Positions 12,810 through 24,975 of a DNA stretch of 64,000 nucleotides are shown here, one piece after another. The position numbers and the translations under genes are program-made. The first letter of the stretch is position 1; each line of letters starts with the position of its first letter. The notes below the pieces were generated by a model. It saw only the letters and a program-made list of their open reading frames with translations. It was not told the DNA's origin and ran no database searches. Source of the stretch: Scyliorhinus canicula (taxonomy: Eukaryota); assembly GCF_902713615.1 (NCBI RefSeq), contig NC_052151.1:103561304-103625303 (forward strand). The letters run 5' to 3'.

Positions 12810-15725
12810 TGTCATGTGTCCCCCTTTAAGAAAGGTTTAGTCTCCAATGAGGTGACAGTCTGATCGGCGCCAGGGGCGGGAGCTGCCGGGTCAGCTGACT
12901 CTCGGGAGCGTAGTGGGGGGTGAGCAAGTGCTCAGCTGGTGTTTGGTGGGGGGTTTTCGGTCGTGGGGCTGTTGGCTGGGGGGAAGGGAGGGGGGTGCTG
13001 CTTTGCTGACAGAGGAGGTATCCATTTCCGCATACCAACTGAGGGTCGGGGCCAGTAGCTCCCTGTGGGGGCGCTTGAGGAAGCAAAGGGTGCGGGCTTG
13101 AGGTTGGCCAAATAAGGGCGATGGCTAGTTGGGAGGAGGGGAAGGGGGGGGCGGTAGGATGAGCCCCCCGTCCAGGACGATCACATGGAATGTGAGGGGT
13201 TTGAATGGGCCGGTCAAAAGAGCGTGCGTGTTCGCGCATCTAAAGGGGTTAAAGGCAGACATAGCAATGCTTCAGGAGAAACATTTAAAGCTTGCAGATC
13301 ATACGAGATTGAGAAAGGGATGGGTATGCCAGGTGTTACATTCAGGGCTGGCTTCGAAGACCAGGGGGATAGCAATTCTGATCAGTAAGGGTGTGGCATT
13401 CGAGGCTGGGTGAATTGTGGCAGATAAGGGGGAGCAGGTATATAATGGTGAGTGGAAAGTGGGAGGGGTCCGGGTGGTGTTTGTGAATGTCTTTGGGATG
13501 ATGTGGAATTTATGAGACGCATGCTAGGCAAAATCCCAGATTTAGAGTCACACAACCCGATCATGGGGGGAGACTTTAACACAGTAATTGACCCCGAGCT
13601 GAACCGGTCGAAGTCCAGGACAGGGAAGCGACCGGCAGTGGTTAAGGAACTGAAGGATTTTATCGAGCAGATGGGGAGGGGAGTGGATTCCTGGAGGTTC
13701 GCGCGGCCGAGAGCGAAGGAGTTCTCTTTTTTTTCTCCCACATTAATAAGGCTTATTCCCGCATAGACGTCTTTGTGTTGAGCAGGGCATTAATCCCAAA
13801 GGTGGCGGGGACAGAATATTTAGCAATCACAGTCTCGGACCATCCACTGGGTGGACCTGCGGTTTAGTGAGGAGAGAGGGCCGCGTCCTCTGGAGACTGG
13901 ATGTGGGGCTTCTGGCGGACAAAGAGGTTTGCGGGAGGATTAGCAGGAACATCCAGGAATACCTGGAAACAAACGATACGGGTGAGGTAGCTCTGGGAGG
14001 CTCTGAAGGCAGTTGTCAGAGGGGAGCTCATCTCAATTCGATCCCATAGGGAAAAGAGAGAAAGAGCAGAGAGGGAGAGACTGGTGGAGAAGATACTCCG
14101 AGTGGACAGAAGATGCGCTGAGTCCCCCGAGGCGGGGCTACTGAGGGAGCGGCAGAGTCTGCAGGTGGAGTTTGAACAGCTGACTACAGGGAAAGCGGTA
14201 GCACAGCTGAGGAAGGCAAGGAGGGATGGAGAGAAAGCGAGTAGAATGCTGGCACAACAACTGCGAAAGAGGGAGGCGGCCAGGGAAATCGGGTGAGTAA
14301 AGAATAAAGAGGGTAACATGGTCTTGGATCCAGGGGGGGTGAACGGAGTCTTTAAGGAGTTCTACAGTAAACTATACGAGTCGGAGCCCCCGACGGGAGC
14401 GGAAGGGATGAGGCAACTTTTGGAGAAGTTGAGGTTTTCAAAGGTGGAAGAGAACGTGATGGAGGGGCGGGGGGGCCCTGATTGAATTGGAGGTGATTGT
14501 CAAGGGTATAGAGGGCATGCAGTCGGGTAAAGCCCCGGGGTCGGATGGTTACCAGTTGGAATTCTATAAGAAATTTTCGGAAATATTGAACCCACTCCTG
14601 ATGAGGACCTTCAATGAGGTTAGAGAGAAAGGAACCCTCCCCCCCAACAATGTCAAGGCTTTGAACTTACTCATTCTTAAACGAGGGAAGGACCGGAACA
14701 TTGCGGGTCATGCAGGCCGATTTCGCTTTTAAACGTGGATGCCAAATTGCTAGCTAAGATTCTGGCCACAAGAATCGAGGATTGCGTCCCAGTGGTGATA
14801 GAGAAAGACCGGACTGGGTTTGTTAAAGGCAGACAACTCAATACCAATGTCCGGAGACTTTTGAATATTATTATGATGCTCTCAGAGGGAGGGGAGGCGG
14901 CGGTGGTAACAGCGATGGACGCAGAGCAAGCCTTTGGTGGAGTAGGAGTACCTGTGGGAAACGCTGGGGAGGTTCGGGTTTGGTGAAGGCTTTATTGGCT
15001 GAGTGAAATTGCTGTACCAGGCGCCTATAGCAAGTGTATGTACAAACCGGCTGAGGTCAGGGTACTTCGAGCTCACCGGGGAATGAGGCAGGGGTGTCCC
15101 CTCCCCTGTTACTATTTGCCCTAGCTACAGAACTGTTAGCTATGGCGCTGAGAGCTTTGAGGAACTGGCGGGGACTGGTTCGGGGGGGGGGGGGGGGGGG
15201 ACGACGGGGGGGGGGGGGAGACGGACATCGGGTCTCGCTATACGCCGATGATTTGCTCCTGTACATTTCGGACCCTGTGGAGGGGATGGGGGAGGTTCTG
15301 CGGATCTTGAGGCATTTTGGTACTTTTTCAGGGTACAAACTGAACATGGGAAAGAACAAGTTGTTTGTGATCCAGGCCAAGCAGCAGGAGGAGAGACTGA
15401 AAGAGCTGCCGCTCAGGATGGTAGAGAAAAGTTTTCATTACCTGGGTATGCAGGTGGCCAGGAATGGGATGCCCTGCACAGGCTCAACTTGACCCGGTTG
15501 GTGGAGCAAATGGAAGGGGACTTTAAAAGGTGGGACATGCTCCCGCTGTCACTGGCAGGGAGGGTGCAGACCGTGAAAATGACTGTCCTCCCCAGATTTT
15601 TTGTTTGTCTTTCAGAGCCTCCCCATCTTCATCCCCAAGGCCTTTAAGCGGGTGAGTAGGATCATTTTGGGCTTTGTGTGGGTGAATAAGACCCTGCGAG
15701 TAAGGAGATCGCTGTTGGAGCGCAG

Positions 15726-15762
<37 letters not shown>

Positions 15763-17698
15763 TGACGCTGCCGATCTTTTGCAACTATTACTGGGTGGCC
15801 AATATAGCTATGATTAGGAAGTGGGCAATGGAGCAGCTGGAGGCGGCATCATGTAAAAGTACTAGTCTGGGAGCTTTGATAACGGCTCCTTTGCCGATCT
15901 CGCAGACACGTTACTCCACAAGTCCGGTGGTGGTGGCGACACTGCGGATCTGGGGACAGTGGAGGAGGTACAAGAAGGTGGACCCCGATATGTAACAACC
16001 ACAGGTTTGTCCCGGGTAGGATAGATGGTGGGTTCCAGAGCTGGCAAAGGGCAGGCATCAGAAGGATGGGAGATCTATTCATAGACAGAAGCTTTCCCAA
16101 TATGAAGGCACTAGAGGACAGATTTAATCTGCCGCCAATGAAACACCTTTAAATATCTGCAGTACGAGCCTTCCTGAAAAAAACAAGTAGTGGCCTTTCC
16201 GATGCAGCCGCCACTGAGGATACAGGACAGGGTGGTCTCCAGCACCTGGTGGAGGAGGGGAAGGTGTCGGATATCTACCAGGAACTACGGAGGCGGAGGA
16301 AACCCCAGTGGAGGAGTTCAAGGGCACGTGGGAGGAGGAGCTAGGTGAGGAGTTGGAAGCAGGTCTGTGGGCAGAAGTCCTGGGCAGGGTTAATTCCTCT
16401 TCACCATGTGCCAGGCTCAGTCTAATTCAATTTAAGGTGGTAGAATTTAAGGAAGACAGTTGTATGAGGTGCAAGGGCAGCCCTGCAAACCATGTCCACA
16501 TATTATGGGCATGCCTGGAGCTTAGAGCGTTCTGGAAAGGGTTCGCGAGGGCAATGTCCAAGATGCTTAACACACGGGTGGTGCCGAGTCCAGAGATAGC
16601 GATCTTTGGAGTGTCAGAAGACCCGGGAGTTCAGGGGGTGAAAGAGGCCGACGTCTTGGCCTTTGCCTCCCTAGTAGCCCAGAGACTGATTTTATTAATG
16701 TGGAGGGACTCAAAGCCCCCGAGTGTAGATACTTGGGTTAATGACATGGCTGGGTTTCTCAGCCTCGAGAAAATAAAGTTTGCCGTAAGAGGGTCTACGC
16801 TGGGGTTCTCTCGGAGGTGGCAGCCGTTTGTCGACTTTCTCAGGGAAAATTAAAATGCCAGCAGCAGCAGCAATCCGTAGGGGGTTAGGGGGTGGGGTGA
16901 GTGCTTCATTGGGATGGTGTGGGAAGACTGGGTCGCGTGGGGTAATGTCTATTTAATTGTTATTATATGTTCTCTTTTTGCACTATGTTAACGTTCACTC
17001 TAGTTTGTTTTGTTATTATTGTTACTACTGTTTTATTATGAAAAATTCTGCAAAACCTTAATAAAAATACTTTAAAAAAAGGTTTAGTCTCTTATCATGT
17101 GACTTGTAGCACTTTGGGCTCCAGCTATGAGGTGGGAGGGGGTTTTAACCTCAGTTTGACTGCAGAAGAAGAAATAAGTGTTTTCCCTGTTTTCATGTTA
17201 AAAGCTGTTCCAGTAAAACAGCCATTGGTAACTGCCTTGGCAACTTTAAAGATAAGAGTTGCTTTCCAGAAAGGAGTTTGAATCTGCTGGTTGGAACTGG
17301 ATCAGAATTTTAGGAACAGTACCAGTCCCATCCAAGTGAGAATAGCGTGCTGGGCCACGCTCTTGAAAAGAAGCTTTGGTTCAACTGGATTTTGTTATTG
17401 AATTAGAACAGCTAAGGGGGAATTCATAAAGTGTTATATACATAGATTACTGTAGCTGTGTGGTGTTATGTTTGTAATTGTAACAATTCTTGCTGTGTTT
17501 TTATATATATTATATATTTATTTATTTGTTAACAATATTCTGAGAATAAACCTTGTTTTGATTAAAGTGTCTCAGAAGTCTGATGAATCACACCTGCAGT
17601 GACAGCTTTTGTGCTCACCCTCGCCAAATTCAACATAAAGGTTGTAGGTCAGGTGAACTACATAATACTTTGGAGTTTCTAAGCCCTGGGCCATAACA
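12810..17698 (+). mobile_element. Solo LTR (Gypsy-like, ~640 bp net) split by an L1
   Basis: Termini tgtcatg...cataaca; perfect 4-bp TSD gcac at 12806-12809 and 17699-17702; aataaa near 17545. Confidence 0.8.
12845..17077 (+). mobile_element. L1-clade LINE with near-complete but frameshifted ORF2
   Basis: APE endonuclease ITWNVRGLN..MLQEKH..GGDFN; GKAPGSDG; RT SLYADDLLLY; Cys domain CMRCKGSPANHVHILWAC; TSD aaaggtttagtctc 12831-12844 and 17078-17091. Confidence 0.93.
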
Positions 17699-18352
17699 GC
17701 ACTCATCCAGGCAAGAGAGTATTCCAATATAGTTGTGCCTTGCTGATGGTGGACAGGCTTTGGGGAGTCAGGAGGTCAATTACTCCATGCAGAATTCACG
17801 GCCTCTTGGCTGGTCTTGTAGCCACAGTATTTATATAAAAGAGTTTCTGGTCAATGCAGGTCTGTCAGTTTCCCCAGAGTCCAGGAAGCCAGGCAGCAAC
17901 ATGGCATGAGGACAGATGGATAAAGCAGCTCAGCGTTTTTCTTTATTAAACAGCAGGAGCTTCCCCTTGCTCCTCAATCGGCTGTCCTTCCAGTGAGAAT
18001 GGGTTATATATTCAGAACGTGATCAATTGTAAGGTGCTGAAGCTTGTGGTTGGATGATCATATTTTGCTCCAAACTTCACAAGTTAATTCAAAACTGTAC
18101 AATAGGCCAGCCAAAATGGATGCTCTGCCTTAACAAAATCCCACATTTATTTGACTCTCCAAGTCTCTGCCAGGGCTTTTTTTTTCGTAAAGCAGCCATC
18201 TGCTCCAATCTTGCTCATTTCTTTTGCAAAGTGATCGATATCTCTCTTCTAAAAAATTGTGGATTCTGGACTTTAGGTTGCTGTTATGGAGAGGTCGGTT
18301 ATTTGGTAGTTCCCACTCGTGGTGGACTTTTGCGACCTTTTTCCCAATTTAT

Positions 18353-18775
18353 GGGCAGCACGGTAGCACAAGTGGATAGCACAATGGCTTCACAATGCCA
18401 GGGTCCCAGGTTCGATTCCCCGCTGGGTCACTGTCTGTGCGGAGTCTGTACGTGTCTGCGTGGGTTTCCTCTGGGTGTTCCGGTTTCCTCCCATAACCCA
18501 TCGAGTCTGCACCGACCCACTTAAGCCCTCACTTCCACCCTATTCCCATAACCCAATAACTCCTCCTAACCTTTTTGGTCACTAAGGGCAATTTAGCATA
18601 GCCAATCCACCTAACCTGCATGTCTTTGGACTGTGGGAGGAAACCGGGGCACCTGGAGGAAACCCACGTAGACACGGGGAGAAAGTGCAAACTCCACACA
18701 GTCACCCAAGTAATTGAACTCGGGTCCCTTGGCGCTGTGCGGCAACAGTGCCAACCACTGTGTCACCGTGCCACC
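18353..18775. mobile_element. Two abutting oppositely oriented HE1-like SINEs (+ 5' half 18353-18495; - copy 18496-18775)
   Basis: Head-body sequence on + followed by its reverse complement. Confidence 0.85.
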
Positions 18776-19049
18776 TTACCTTCCTCAACAAATGAGGCAT
18801 ATTATTTTCCATCCATTGCCACCACTAATCGCATGCATTTCATCAAATCTGTTCTCCGATCTCAGGGACCTCAATTGCAAAGCCACTAGTCACTAAGCTT
18901 TAAAAATAACCAAGGCTAGGAAATACAGTTCATTCAAGTATGTGATCTCAGGGGGATTTCCAACATTATTTGTGCACAATCATCCTGAAACTAAAACAGC
19001 TGCAACTACTTTCATTTCTATAGCTGATTTAAGGCAAAAAAATACACAA

Positions 19050-19574
19050 GGTGCTTTAAAGAGGGGATGTAGAGTCCTGTTGGGAGTGCTACCTGACAAA
19101 GATTTGGTGGATAAGATGCATTTTAAACAGCTTTTAAAGGTGAACAGACTAGAGAAGATGGTGTTAGAAGAGAAGAGAGCAGGACAAGGTTGCTCGAGTC
19201 TCCTGAATGATCTGTCACAAATGATCATGTGAAGAGAGATGTACAGAAGGCCAAAATCAGGAAAGTAATGGGTGTGGGAGGGAACGTAAAGTTGAAGCAT
19301 AAGGCAAGCCATTGAGTTATTTGAAAATAATGATAATTTGTTTCCAATGTATGGGGTATTAGGGAACCATCAATGGACAGTGGCGTTACATGAACGGGAG
19401 CATGGACAACTGGTTGCTGATGGAGCTGCATTTTACAGACAGTGGAAGATCAGCTGTCAAAAAGATATGTTGGAAAAATCCAGTCTTGAAGTGACAAATG
19501 CATTGTTAAGGGTCTCAGCATCAGTCAGGCTGATGCAACAATGGACGGCGATAACGTAGAGATAAAGTAAGCAG
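19050..19574 (-). mobile_element. Old L2-like LINE fragment (host of the LTR; probably continues ~20615-20770)
   Basis: Reverse complement ..SLTDAETLNNAFVTSRLDFSN.. and FKSCLKCILSTK typical of L2. Confidence 0.6.
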
Positions 19575-20609
19575 TGTTGTGATGCAGTTTGAACTCTAAA
19601 CACATGGACCCAAAAGGGAGTTTTGCAGAGCTTATGGCAGGGCCATGTAGCCACCTGGGTGGCCACGTCCGATTACAAAATGGACACTTGCAGAGAATGA
19701 AGGAAAAATTGGACAATGCTAAGAAAGCAAGCAGGTGCAGGGTTTATCTGTGGATTGGAGTTTGCAGCTCCCAGACAAGACTGATACTGCAAAGCCATTA
19801 GCATACTAATGAGCTATCTCCAGGGACAAAAGAGAAACATTTAAGCAAACGATACCAAAGCAGACACCCCGGCACCAGTGGAGACTGAAACAAAGCAGGC
19901 CAACGGTTACCTAGGGCCCGCCCAGCAATCAGGCAGCCACCCTTTTATTGAAGAAAATCAATACCGATGATTAGCATATGGTCCAATTAATTGGGGCCAC
20001 GTTCAAGGCCCGCCCAAAAGCGCGCGAAGCCCCTTTGGGGTATAAAGAAAGCCCCCAAGCAAGAATCGTTCTTCTTGGCCTTGGCTCTCAGCGGCGAGAC
20101 CTGTCCAGCTTCTTGGCCTCGGCTCTCAGCGACGAGACCTGTCCAGCTTCTTGGCCTTGGCTCTCAGCGACGAGAGACCTGCCCAGCTTCTTGGCCTTGG
20201 CTCTCAGCATCGAGAGACCTGCCTTGCAGCTGCACCAGACAAGTAAGCCCAAAGCCAACGCACGCTACGAGATAGACGCTCCTATTCTATACAAGTTCGA
20301 TGCCAGCAGCCTCAGAACCGGACAACGGCCATTGTTCCTCTGACTGAGTGGGCACCTGAAGCTAAGTATAGGCTTTTAGTAGTAGTGATAGTTTAGTTAG
20401 TGCACGAGTATAATTGACTGTGTGTAAATAAATGAGTATTGGTTTTGAACTTACTAACTGGTGTATCGAGTCTTTGATCAGTATTCGGTTTTGAACTTTG
20501 TGGCGGTATCAAAAGATACCTGGCGACTCTTGAGCAAGCATAATTAGAATTAAGGATGGCGACCATATTAACCGCCATAAACAGAGCCAATTAAGGAGAG
20601 AGCATAACA
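19575..20609 (+). mobile_element. Solo LTR (~1.03 kb)
   Basis: tgttgtg...cataaca termini; near-TSD agcag/agcaa; TATA box tataaag at 20041; aataaa near 20427; CpG-rich. Confidence 0.75.
20071..20226 (+). repeat. Minisatellite, 4 x 38-40 bp, inside the LTR
   Basis: Unit cttcttggccttggctctcagcgacgagacctgtccag repeated head-to-tail with no spacers. Confidence 0.92.
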
Positions 20610-20794
20610 AGCAAGAGCCAAAAATGGTGGCTTTGTTTTTCTCAATTTTCATATGAAACTAGATTTCTCTTCCATGACTTACTACAAGTAAAACAGCACA
20701 GAGATGCCTATGGGGTCAATTGAAATGGTGGAGAGAAAAATGACTCTTCAGCACACATATGGAAACCGAGGAGTCTAATGAAATATTTTCCATT

Positions 20795-21205
20795 TGTTTG
20801 GATGGGTGCAACTGCAATAAGACTCAGGAAGGTCAACCCCATCCAGGAGTGGACAATTTGCTTGTGCCTTCTTCATCATTCTGAACATAGCCAACTTCAT
20901 TGATGGCTGTTAAGTGCACTATTTACAGGGTGAATTGTAGCAACTTAGCATGACTTCTTCAGAACAATTAAATCTGTCCCTTTACTTTCCAGGCAGACAA
21001 TGACAGCAGGTTCACAGGAATAATATCCCAGGTTTCACCAAGTGATACACAGCCCTGATTTAGACATCAACCGTTATTTCTTTATTCTTGTTGGGTCAAA
21101 ATCCTAGAACTCCTTCCCAAGAGCACAGTGGGAGTACCATCAGCTCAGACCTGTAACAATATGAAGGAGGCTCCCCACCACCATCTTCTCAGGAGAATAA
21201 GGGAG
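20795..21205 (+). mobile_element. Old LINE 3' fragment (family of 12065-12809)
   Basis: gggtcaaaatcctagaactcc...ccaccaccatcttctcagg mirrors the reverse complement of 12100-12220. Confidence 0.6.
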
Positions 21206-21579
21206 CCAGACAACAGAAAAGCAATGGAGGAAAATGATGTGTCAAATATTGTAGAATGTTTAATGAAACATTGCATTCTGGTGAGTCAGAGAGGAATGCC
21301 ATTGTGTTTTTACTTAAGACGAAAGATTGAACATGCAAGGTGTGTTTTTCAGTGTAAAGTAATTATATGAGTAAGTAGTATTTCTTTGATACATGCATAT
21401 CAGTTGGTTGGAAAGCATTCTGGTCAGAATCAGCTCCCGTCAGTGGCAGGAACAAATAATTGCTTGGTATATCGCATCCAGAAAGTGAACAGAATATAGT
21501 CACAAATGTGATGTAATCTTTCTGCATTTCTACCTCAGTTACTTTTCCAATTTTATTTAACTTTAGTCTGATTAGGCCG

Positions 21580-23745
21580 ATTTTAATAAGATCAGATATG
21601 ATTTGGCCAGAGTGGAATAGGTGTAGACATTTTTTGGTAAATCTGACAAAATAGTGGGATGGAAATCGGGAGAGTGCAGGCCAACAGGTTCCAATCAAGA
21701 GAAAGGGTGGGACCAACAAATCCAGTAAACCCTGGATATCAAGGGATATACAATATCGGAAAAGGAGAAAAAGGGAGACTTATGGCAGATATCGAGGTCT
21801 CAATACAGAAGTCCTAGAGGCATATAGAATGTGCAAAAGGGAACTTGAAATGAAAATTAGGAGAGCAAAAAGGGACATGAAAGGCCACTGGCAGGTAAAG
21901 TAAAGGAAAATCCGAAGTTGTTTTATATGTACATTATGGGTAAAAGGATAACTAGGGAAAGGATAGGGCCCATTAAGGACTACAGTGGTAATTTTTGTGT
22001 GGAGCAGAAGATGTAGGCATGGTTCTAAATAAATACTTTGTGTCATGAGAGGAACAGTGTCGGTATAGAAATCAGGGAGAAGGACTATAATAAATTTCAA
22101 GAGAATAACATGCACAGAGAGGTAATAATAATAAGAATCATCTTTATTACTGTCACTAGTAGGCTCACATTAACACTGCAATGAGGTTACTGTGAAAACC
22201 CCCGAGTCGCCACACTCCGGCGCCTGTTCGGGTACAGAATGGGAGAATTCAGAATGTCCAATTCACTGAACAAGCACATCTTTCGTGACGCACGGTAGCA
22301 CAGTGGTTAGCACTGTTTCTTCACGGCACCAGGGACCCCGATTCGATTCCCGGCTTGGGTCACTGACTGTGTGGAGTCTGCACGTTCTCCCCATTTCTAC
22401 ATGAGTGATCTGGCAAGCTTAAAGGTGGACAAATATCCTGGGCCAGATGAAATGCATTTGAGGCAGGGTCAATAGCAGGGGCACTGGCAATAATTTTCAA
22501 TTCCTCCCTGGGCACAAGAGAGGTGCCGGAGGACTGGATGATAGCCAATATGGTACCATTATTCAAGAAACTACAGGCCATTCATGGGGAAACTATTGGA
22601 AGCTATTTTGAGAATCAGAATTAATCTGCATTTGGAGAGGTAGGAATTAATCAAGAACAGTCGGCATGGGTTTGTTTAGGGGAGGTCACGTTTGTCCAAT
22701 TGATTTGAGTTTTTCAAAGAGGTGACCAGATGTGTAGATAAGGGAAATGTATTTCACACAGTCTACTTGGACTTCAGCAAGGCTTTTGATAAGGTCCCAT
22801 ATGGGAGACTAATAGCAAAGCAAGAGCCCATGGGATCCAAGGAAATTTGGCCAATTGGATCCAAAATTGGTCGAATGGCAGGAATCAGAGGGTGATGGTC
22901 GAGGGGTGTTTTTCTGACTGGAAGCCTGTGTCCAGTGGGTCCTGCAGGGTTCAGCATTGGGGCCCTTGCTGTTTGTGCTTTATATAAATGATTTAGAAAT
23001 GAACATAGGAGGGTTGATTAGTAAATTTGCGGATGATGCAAAAATTGGTGGGGTGGATAGCCTTCAATTAGTGAGGAGGATAACCGTCAATTACAGGAGG
23101 ATTCAGATGGGCTGGTCAGATGGGCTGATCAGTGGCAAATGGAATTCAATCCAGATAAGTGTCAGGTGATGCAATTGGGCAGTTCAAACAATGCAAGGGA
23201 ATACAAGTTAAACTGCAGGACACTGCCGAGGATCAGAGGGACCTTGGTGCGTATGCACACTGGCCCTTAAGGTAGGAGAGCAGGTGGATAAAGTGGTTGA
23301 GAAGGCATATGGTATACTTGTCTTTATCAGCCGAGGCATAGAATTTAAGAGCAGAGAGGTTATGCTGGAACTCTATCAAATGTTAGTTAGACCACAACTA
23401 GAATATTGTGTGCAGTTCTGGAATCCACATTAGAGGAGGAATGCAATGGCACTTGAAAGGATGCAGAGGTGATTTACCAGGATCCTTTCGGGGCTGGAGC
23501 GTGTTAGTTATGAAGACAGAGTGGATCTGTGACATAATTGAGATGTATAAAATTATGAGGGGCATAGCTGGAGTAGACAGGAACAAACCTTTCCCCTGGG
23601 TGAAGGGATCAATGACCAGGTGGCATGGATTTAAGGCGAGGGGCAGGAGATTTAGAGGGAATGTGAAGAAAAACCTTTTTATCCAGAGGAGGGTGGGAGT
23701 TTGAAACTCACTGCCTGAAAGCATGGTGCAGGCAGAGCCCCTCAT
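21580..23745 (+). mobile_element. Degraded CR1 LINE
   Basis: YLDFSKAFDKVP, GPLLFVLYINDL, KFADDAK motifs with many stops. Confidence 0.85.
22133..22400. mobile_element. Rearranged SINE (3' tail on -, 5' head on +) inside CR1
   Basis: 22133-22287 is the reverse complement of the tail seen at 45650-45795; 22290-22400 is a tRNA head on +. Confidence 0.75.
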
Positions 23746-24514
23746 TCATTCTAAAACATGATAAATCTACAAAATAAGAATAATCAATGATTTAAAATAG
23801 GTAAACAGGTCCAATGAAGTTCATCTCTGTAGTACTGCCAAGTTAGCATTTAACTCGAGTTTGAGCGGTCTAAAAGCAACACTAGGATTGTTTTTTAGTT
23901 CCCTTGAAAATGGTCAGAACTGTTGCCTATCTTGCACTCGCTGAATGATGGCTGGAGAGTCAGGTATTCCCTATGTTAGGAGTTCCTGTTCCACACTGGG
24001 GTTCAAGTGGTAGGATCCTGGTCAGGCCTGCTGACTTGAAGACAGGCAGATTTAACCTATTTTCTTTTGCAATTCGGCTTCCTTGCTGAGGGGAATGTTG
24101 CTATGATTTGGTGGGCACTGGAATTCCTGGAACAAAAATGCAGAGGTGGGTGTTGGAAATGCACACATAATGGTGCGCCATGGTAAGTAGGTATCTGAAC
24201 GCTCACCAGCAAATACTGGCAGGGTCAGCATGAGTAGACACCAGAAGATGCAACCTTGATAGAAATGCTAGGACCAGGTCTGACAAATTATTGGTGCCAA
24301 CATCCCACAAGCTTCTCTCCTATCAGACCCGGTACATTATTTTAAACATGTGAATAAATGTTCAAAAACATTTCAATTATTTTTACTAAATTAAGCTAAT
24401 TCCCATGTTTATTTGTGCATCCATTCCAATAGTTGTATAGCAACTTTGATCTGGTGACCCAAAGTTAAGCATAGAATTGAGTCAATTTTAACCAAGTTCC
24501 ATCTTCTAACCGTC

Positions 24515-24695
24515 GAGGTACCAGGTTCGATCCCGGCTCTGGGTCACTATCAGTGTGGAGTTTGCACATTCGCCCCATGTCTGCGTTGGTTTCACTCCCA
24601 CAACCCAAAGATGTGCAGACTAGGTGGATTGGTCATGCTAAATTGCCCTTAATTGGAAAAAATGAATTGGGTACTCTACATTTATTTAAAAAAAA
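24515..24695 (+). mobile_element. 5'-truncated AT-tailed SINE
   Basis: B box ggttcgatccc, body and tail as 805-1030. Confidence 0.8.
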
Positions 24696-24975
24696 TGCAA
24701 AATATGCCATGGTGTCCCAGATGTTTCAGTCAACATTAATTCTCAGCTACGAAAATACAGATAAACTGGTTATGCCAGATAATACTGTTTTAAATCCTTG
24801 CTGTGTCCAAATCTGATGTTGCATTTGCCTACAAATTAGTGGCTGCACTGCAAAAGTAATTTCATTGGCTGCATAGGCCTTTTGGACATCCTGGGAACAT
24901 GAATCCAAGTTTTTTCATAAGCTCAATCAGAAAAGAAATTGTGAGTGTATGCTATTGTCATCAGTGGATGCTACT

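Noticed and set aside
20071-20226. CRISPR-like array
   Set aside because: Head-to-tail units with no unique spacers, inside a eukaryotic LTR, no cas genes
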